A stretch of 64,000 nt of DNA, from positions 17,360,001 through 17,424,000 of the forward strand of contig NC_043016.1 in assembly GCF_006345805.1 (NCBI RefSeq), written 5' to 3'. Source of the stretch: Octopus sinensis. Taxonomy: Eukaryota. The notes under the pieces are model-generated. The model did not search any database. It had not been told where the DNA came from and saw only the letters and a program-made list of their open reading frames with translations. This document shows, piece after piece, positions 63,630-64,000 of the stretch; position 1 is the first letter of the stretch; each line of letters starts with the position of its first letter. A program made the position numbers and the translations under genes.

Positions 63630-64000
63630 AGACCAGATTGTGATGGGTAAATTGTCGTGATTTTATACTTTAATTTTGAGCATGCACATTGTTCGTTTTT
63701 GATTTTGTCAGTAGGGTCAGGTGGGCACCGTCTTTGAGAAAAACAGCACCATGACGCAATTCACTCTGGCAGAAATTCGGAAACGACATGCTGTACTGCT
63801 TGACATTCGCATCGGAAGCTCCAGTACGAACATTTCAGAGTATTTGGGTGTGAATCTGTGGACAGTGCAAGGAATTTGGAAAGAGTTGGATAAGTCTAAT
63901 GGTGATTACGAAGGTAGGGCAGCTTGGAAAACTCTGATCGTTCTGATTAGGAAAAGGACTCCTGAATTTTTTTATGAGATCCTGGCCACGATTGACAACG
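63630..64000 (+). mobile_element. Tc1/mariner-superfamily transposase N-terminal relic (runs off the window)
   Basis: MTQFTLAEIRKRHAVLLDIRIGSSSTNISEYLGVNLWTVQGIWKEL looks like an HTH start. Confidence 0.5.

Overview
AT-rich, repeat-dense animal genomic DNA. The SINE/RTE repertoire and (TACA)n arrays suggest an octopus (inference). Bases 624-31602 (+) hold the last 15 coding exons (2057 nt, ~685 codons) of a nidogen/entactin gene: nine tandem EGF repeats, a YWTD beta-propeller, a terminal EGF and a stop codon. All exons are bounded by AG/GT with consistent phases. A probable non-coding last exon starts at 33192; the 5' part of the gene lies upstream of the window. From ~35 kb to 64 kb I find no host gene, only tRNA-derived SINEs, RTE, CR1-like, CRE-like and Penelope-like retroelement relics, Tc1/mariner and Helitron relics, two LTR-like repeats and very long microsatellites. 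The most notable observations are: several minimal hammerhead-ribozyme-like motifs in Penelope-like terminal repeats, including a shared CUGUNGA core variant; a 65-bp copy of nidogen exon 4 captured in an intronic foldback element; inverted repeats in the pre-mRNA; a variable hairpin minisatellite in the RTE 3' UTR; and an apparent CpG boundary near the gene end. I did not find convincing evidence of a wholly new multi-gene system.
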